The notes beneath the pieces are model-generated. The model saw nothing but the letters and a program-made list of their open reading frames with translations. It ran no database searches and had not been told where the DNA came from. This document shows positions 45,651-49,035 of a stretch of DNA of 49,035 nt, one piece after another. This DNA is from Coriobacteriia bacterium (GTDB lineage: Bacteria > Actinomycetota > Coriobacteriia > Anaerosomatales > PALSA-660). Made by a program: the position numbers and the translations under genes. Position 1 is the stretch's first letter. Each line of letters begins with the position of its first letter. The stretch is from positions 1 to 49,035 of the forward strand of contig JAHEXP010000006.1 in the NCBI GenBank assembly GCA_023252055.1. The letters run 5' to 3'.

Positions 45651-46251
45651 GGATCTTCACCCTTGTCGTGAACTCCACCGAGACCTGACCGTTCTGTGCG
45701 GGCCGCGAGGCCGAGAGCCGGATGCCTATCGCGCTGACATCGGGCGGGTTCGGATGCGACACCGGCGTGTTCGGGCTCCCGTTGTCGAAGTACGTGAAGA
45801 CGACCGCACTCGCCGTGGTCAGGTTCACCACGCGCTGGGCGGGGCCGTCCACGTAGCCGTACGGGTAGACCTGATTGACCGGCAGGGCCTGGGCCCGGTA
45901 CAGGTCGGAACCGTCGACGTAGTAGGTGATGCGCTCCGGGCGGCCATCGCGGTCGAGATCCGCGTAGAACGTGCAGGTCGTCTCGGTGGCTACCGCGACC
46001 GCGCCGCCGTCGGTGGTGACCTCCTGGGCCTGCCGCATCTCGCGGACCATCGTGTCCATTGCGCGCTGCGCTTCGGACGTGGCCTCGGACTGCGCGGAGA
46101 TCGAGCTGTAGTTGCCCGAGAGGGTTATGAAGACGAGGTACGCAGCGGAAAGAACGATCGGCAGGATCGCCGTGGCCACCAGCAACTCGGTCAGGCTGAA
46201 GCCGCGGTCGTCGTGCCGCGCGCGCATCCTGCGAGTGAGAGCTGTGATCAC
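45625..46251 (-). CDS. Type IV prepilin-like protein (PilW-like)
   Basis: DRG|FSLTELLVA cleavage/methylation motif and MVREMRQA helix. Confidence 0.85.
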   Translation of the reverse strand: MITALTRRMRARHDDRGFSLTELLVATAILPIVLSAAYLVFITLSGNYSSISAQSEATSEAQRAMDTMVREMRQAQEVTTDGGAVAVATETTCTFYADLDRDGRPERITYYVDGSDLYRAQALPVNQVYPYGYVDGPAQRVVNLTTASAVVFTYFDNGSPNTPVSHPNPPDVSAIGIRLSASRPAQNGQVSVEFTTRVKIRALFNSLS

Positions 46252-46258
46252 GTCGGGC

Positions 46259-47728
46259 CTACGATTTCTGCGAGACTTGGACTTCAGCGGTCTGACCGGC
46301 GTTCACGATCACGGTCGCGGTGCTCGCCGCCTTCGTGTAGCACTTGACCTGATAGCTTCCGGGAACGAGCCCCGAGAGGTTCAAGACACCATTCGATGCG
46401 GACCAGAGGTCGTTGCGGTAGTAGCCGCTGGGGCCACTGACGATCACGCGGATCGATGCCGTGTGTCCGTACTTGTCGAGCGTGGTGATCCTCATGTTCC
46501 CCGTGGTCACGACCGGGCTCAGGAAGAAGTCGAGCGTGTCGTGATCCCCGTCGTACATGTAGGTCGTCTTGACCTGGGACACCCAGCCGGACTTGTCGAC
46601 GGTCGCGTTGTAGCTGCCGGCGGTCATGCCGGTGAATGCGATCTCGCCGTTGGTGCCGACGGTCCCGGTCTGCAGCGGCGTCGAGTTGCCGTCGCGCCGG
46701 ATGGTGACGGTCGCGCCGGACAGCGCCGTCGCGTTGGTGTCGTAGACGCGGACCTGCAGGCCCACGCCAAGAAGCGGGGCGATGGCGACGGGAACGACGG
46801 GCTCGGCGGCACCGGCGCTGACGGTCACTGCCGCTGTTGCGGGCGGGTAACCGTCCTTGGCGATGGTGGCCGAGTAGTCCGCATACAGCAGCTGGCTGAA
46901 GATCACGTCGCCGTTGGCGTTGGTGAGCAGTGCGGGGAGCGTCATGCCGTCGGCGCGGCGCAGGGTCACTGTGGCGCCCGAGAGGGCCGCGCCGGATGTG
47001 TCCGTCACGTGGAACGTCGCCTGCGCCGGCTGCTGCACGTAGGCGATGATCGTCGTGACCGAGTCGGCGGCGATGTTGACGCTCGACATCGTGGAGGTGT
47101 CGACGACGCAGCCGGCAGGAGGCGTGACCGACAGCGCCACATTCCCAAGGGCGACCTGACCGAAGAATCCTTCGCCGGCGGCGTCCGAGAGGACGGAACG
47201 TGAGGAACCGTCGGCAGCAACGATCGCAACCGAGGCGTCGGTGACCGGGTCGCCGTTCTCCCGGTAGCGCAACTTCACGACGAGGTCGCCGCTCGTGACG
47301 ATGTCGCTCTTGCCGTAGATCATCGTGGTGACAGCGACCTCACCCGGGATCGGGTCGTGCCATGCAACGTGAACGGTGAGCTTCTTGTATGCGGCGCGCC
47401 CGGTGGAGGTGCGGACCCAGGTGCATTCCGACGTGACGGTGAAGCTGCCGTCTTGCTCAGGAGTAGGGATGTCGCCGGCCGGATCGCCGTAGACGCCGTT
47501 GCTGTAGTGGAGGCCGACGCGGTCGTAGTCGAGGCTGCGCGCGTACTCGATCTTCTCGTTCGCGAGGTTCGCCGCCTCGTCCCGGGCGCGGGCCATGCGG
47601 CTGGACGTGACGGAACCGCCGAGGAGACCCGCGAGCGACGTCAGACATACGAACAAAACCGATGAGGCCACCATCACCTCACCAAGCGTCATGCCGCTGT
47701 CCGTGTGACTCGTCTGGAAGATCCTCAT
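46259..47728 (-). CDS. Type IV prepilin-like protein (PilV-like) with repeated carboxypeptidase-regulatory-like beta domains
   Basis: DSG|MTLGEVMVA; ANEKIEYARSLDY; KKLTVHVAW; repeats of LSGATVT...TNGE..F..L..G.Y.ATV.K.G. Confidence 0.78.
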   Translation of the reverse strand: MRIFQTSHTDSGMTLGEVMVASSVLFVCLTSLAGLLGGSVTSSRMARARDEAANLANEKIEYARSLDYDRVGLHYSNGVYGDPAGDIPTPEQDGSFTVTSECTWVRTSTGRAAYKKLTVHVAWHDPIPGEVAVTTMIYGKSDIVTSGDLVVKLRYRENGDPVTDASVAIVAADGSSRSVLSDAAGEGFFGQVALGNVALSVTPPAGCVVDTSTMSSVNIAADSVTTIIAYVQQPAQATFHVTDTSGAALSGATVTLRRADGMTLPALLTNANGDVIFSQLLYADYSATIAKDGYPPATAAVTVSAGAAEPVVPVAIAPLLGVGLQVRVYDTNATALSGATVTIRRDGNSTPLQTGTVGTNGEIAFTGMTAGSYNATVDKSGWVSQVKTTYMYDGDHDTLDFFLSPVVTTGNMRITTLDKYGHTASIRVIVSGPSGYYRNDLWSASNGVLNLSGLVPGSYQVKCYTKAASTATVIVNAGQTAEVQVSQKS

Positions 47729-47905
47729 CGTCCCCTGCCCGCTACATGCGCGCTTTGCAGCACGCTTCCCCCACGCCCTACACAGGTATGTCGGCACGTT
47801 CGCGCACCCACACAAGCACCGATTTTCGAGGCGGCGCCGAGCGGCCGCTCGTCCGCGGACCCGCATCCTCTTCGCGGCCGCACAGACACCTGAGCCCGCG
47901 ACGCC

Positions 47906-47939
47906 AGGCGGCCCGCCGGGTGTTCCCGACGGGCCGCCT
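47906..47939 (-). terminator. Stem-loop downstream of the multicopper oxidase
   Basis: Minus strand AGGCGGCCCGUCGGG-AACA-CCCGGCGGGCCGCCU, 15-bp stem with one G:U pair. Confidence 0.65.
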
Positions 47940-47991
47940 TCCCCGAGCTACGCGCGAGCCCCAGACACGGGTCCGCGCGATGGAACCGTGT

Positions 47992-49035
47992 CTACTTCGT
48001 GGTGGCGGTGATCGCCGCCGACACCGTCGAGCCGGCCGCGTTCACCGCAGCGACGCGTACGTAGTACTTCTTGGTGCGCGACAGTCCGGTGATGTTGTAG
48101 GAAGTGGCGCTGGCGGTCGTGGTCTTGGTCGTCCATGGGCCGTTCGACCCGGTCGCATACTGGACTTGGATCGACGTCCTCGTAGCGCCGCTGGTCGGCA
48201 GCGTCCAGCCGATGTTCAGCGTGCCCGAACCGGCGGTCACCAAGTGAACGCTCGTGACCGCCATCGGGAGCTGGCCTGCGCTCTTGGCCGTAACGACGTT
48301 GGACCACACCGAGAACGCCGAGGCGCTCTCCGCACGCACCCGGTAGTAATAGGTGGTGGATGCCGCAACGGTGGTGTCGGTGAATCCGGTCGACGTACCG
48401 GACGTCAGGAACGTCCACACGTTCGTGGCGAAGGTCGGATCGGTGGAGCGCTGCGTGAACATGTCGGCCGCGGCAGGAGACGTGGCGTTGTTCTTCCACT
48501 TCAGCACGATCTGAGGCGCGTTCACGCTCGCCGCCGATGGCGTTGCCGCGAGCCCGGTGGGTGCGGTGGGCGACGCCTGGAAGTCCACGGCGCGCATCAT
48601 GTCGTTCTCTTCGTGGCCCAGCAGGTGGCAGTGCCACACGTACTCCCAGCCGAAGTTGGCGAGGACGTTCGTCATGGTGATCGGGTTGCCGGTCGTCGGA
48701 TCGGTGACCGTGAGCGTCGCTCCGAGAGGCTGGGTCGGGTCGAGCGGACGGACGCTGTCGCCGATCTTGAACGGCAGGGTGGGAGCGACCGGCCGCATCG
48801 CGACGATGCAGTCCTCGAGCGGGTTCATGCGGACTGTCTCTTTCCAGCCGAGTTCGTTGGGCTCCGGCGGCTTGACCGCGCCGTCCCAACCCACGCGGTT
48901 GATGACCTGGACGTTGAACAGGTGGAAGTGGATCCAGTGTGTGTCCACGCCGTTGTGCGTGATCTTCCAGATCTGCGTGCCGTCACCCAGCGTGACCGGG
49001 CCCACCGCGCCGGAGTCCTTGAGCGTCTCGGTGAC
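47992..49035 (-). CDS. Multicopper oxidase-family protein, C-terminal part, with two fibronectin type III domains (5' end outside the window)
   Basis: Copper motifs HWIHFH and WHCHLLGHEENDMM; FN3 patterns PTGLAA..LKW..YYYRVRA and IGW..YYVRVAAVN. Confidence 0.88.
   Translation of the reverse strand, partial: VTETLKDSGAVGPVTLGDGTQIWKITHNGVDTHWIHFHLFNVQVINRVGWDGAVKPPEPNELGWKETVRMNPLEDCIVAMRPVAPTLPFKIGDSVRPLDPTQPLGATLTVTDPTTGNPITMTNVLANFGWEYVWHCHLLGHEENDMMRAVDFQASPTAPTGLAATPSAASVNAPQIVLKWKNNATSPAAADMFTQRSTDPTFATNVWTFLTSGTSTGFTDTTVAASTTYYYRVRAESASAFSVWSNVVTAKSAGQLPMAVTSVHLVTAGSGTLNIGWTLPTSGATRTSIQVQYATGSNGPWTTKTTTASATSYNITGLSRTKKYYVRVAAVNAAGSTVSAAITATTK

Noticed and set aside
47770-47830. Sigma-28-type promoter (GCCGACAT on the minus strand) upstream of the minor pilin cassette
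   Set aside because: Only a partial -10 match, with no TAAA-like -35 at the expected spacing.

Overview
High-GC (visually ~70%) actinobacterial chromosomal segment. Gene content (ferredoxin-type complex I, Fe-S proteins, monoderm Tad system, tilS-hpt-ftsH-fol block) suggests an anaerobic Coriobacteriia-like organism; this is an inference. In order: a nuoA-B-C-D-H-I-J-K-L operon lacking nuoEFG (truncated at the left edge); folE-folP-(DUF2007-like)-folK; a ~10.7-kb Tad/Flp pilus locus with its own GAF histidine kinase and NarL-type regulator, lying between ftsH and folE; tilS-hpt-ftsH; an NDH-2-like flavoprotein; livKHMGF; cysK plus a CymR-like Rrf2 regulator; a glutaredoxin plus a ferredoxin:thioredoxin-reductase/Rieske fusion; a PIG-L deacetylase; an Fe-S protein; yhaO-yhaN; degV; an ArcE-like (COG2403) P-loop enzyme with carbamate kinase; a SHOCT protein; an NlpC/P60 hydrolase; three type IV minor-pilin-like genes; and the 3' end of an OmpB/MofA-like multicopper oxidase with FN3 repeats. 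I saw no rRNA, tRNA, CRISPR array or transposase. Best leads: the FTR-Rieske fusion/glutaredoxin unit beside CysK-CymR, a near-identical 18-bp palindromic site upstream of both Tad transcription units, the arcE-arcC pair, and the multicopper oxidase/minor pilin cluster.
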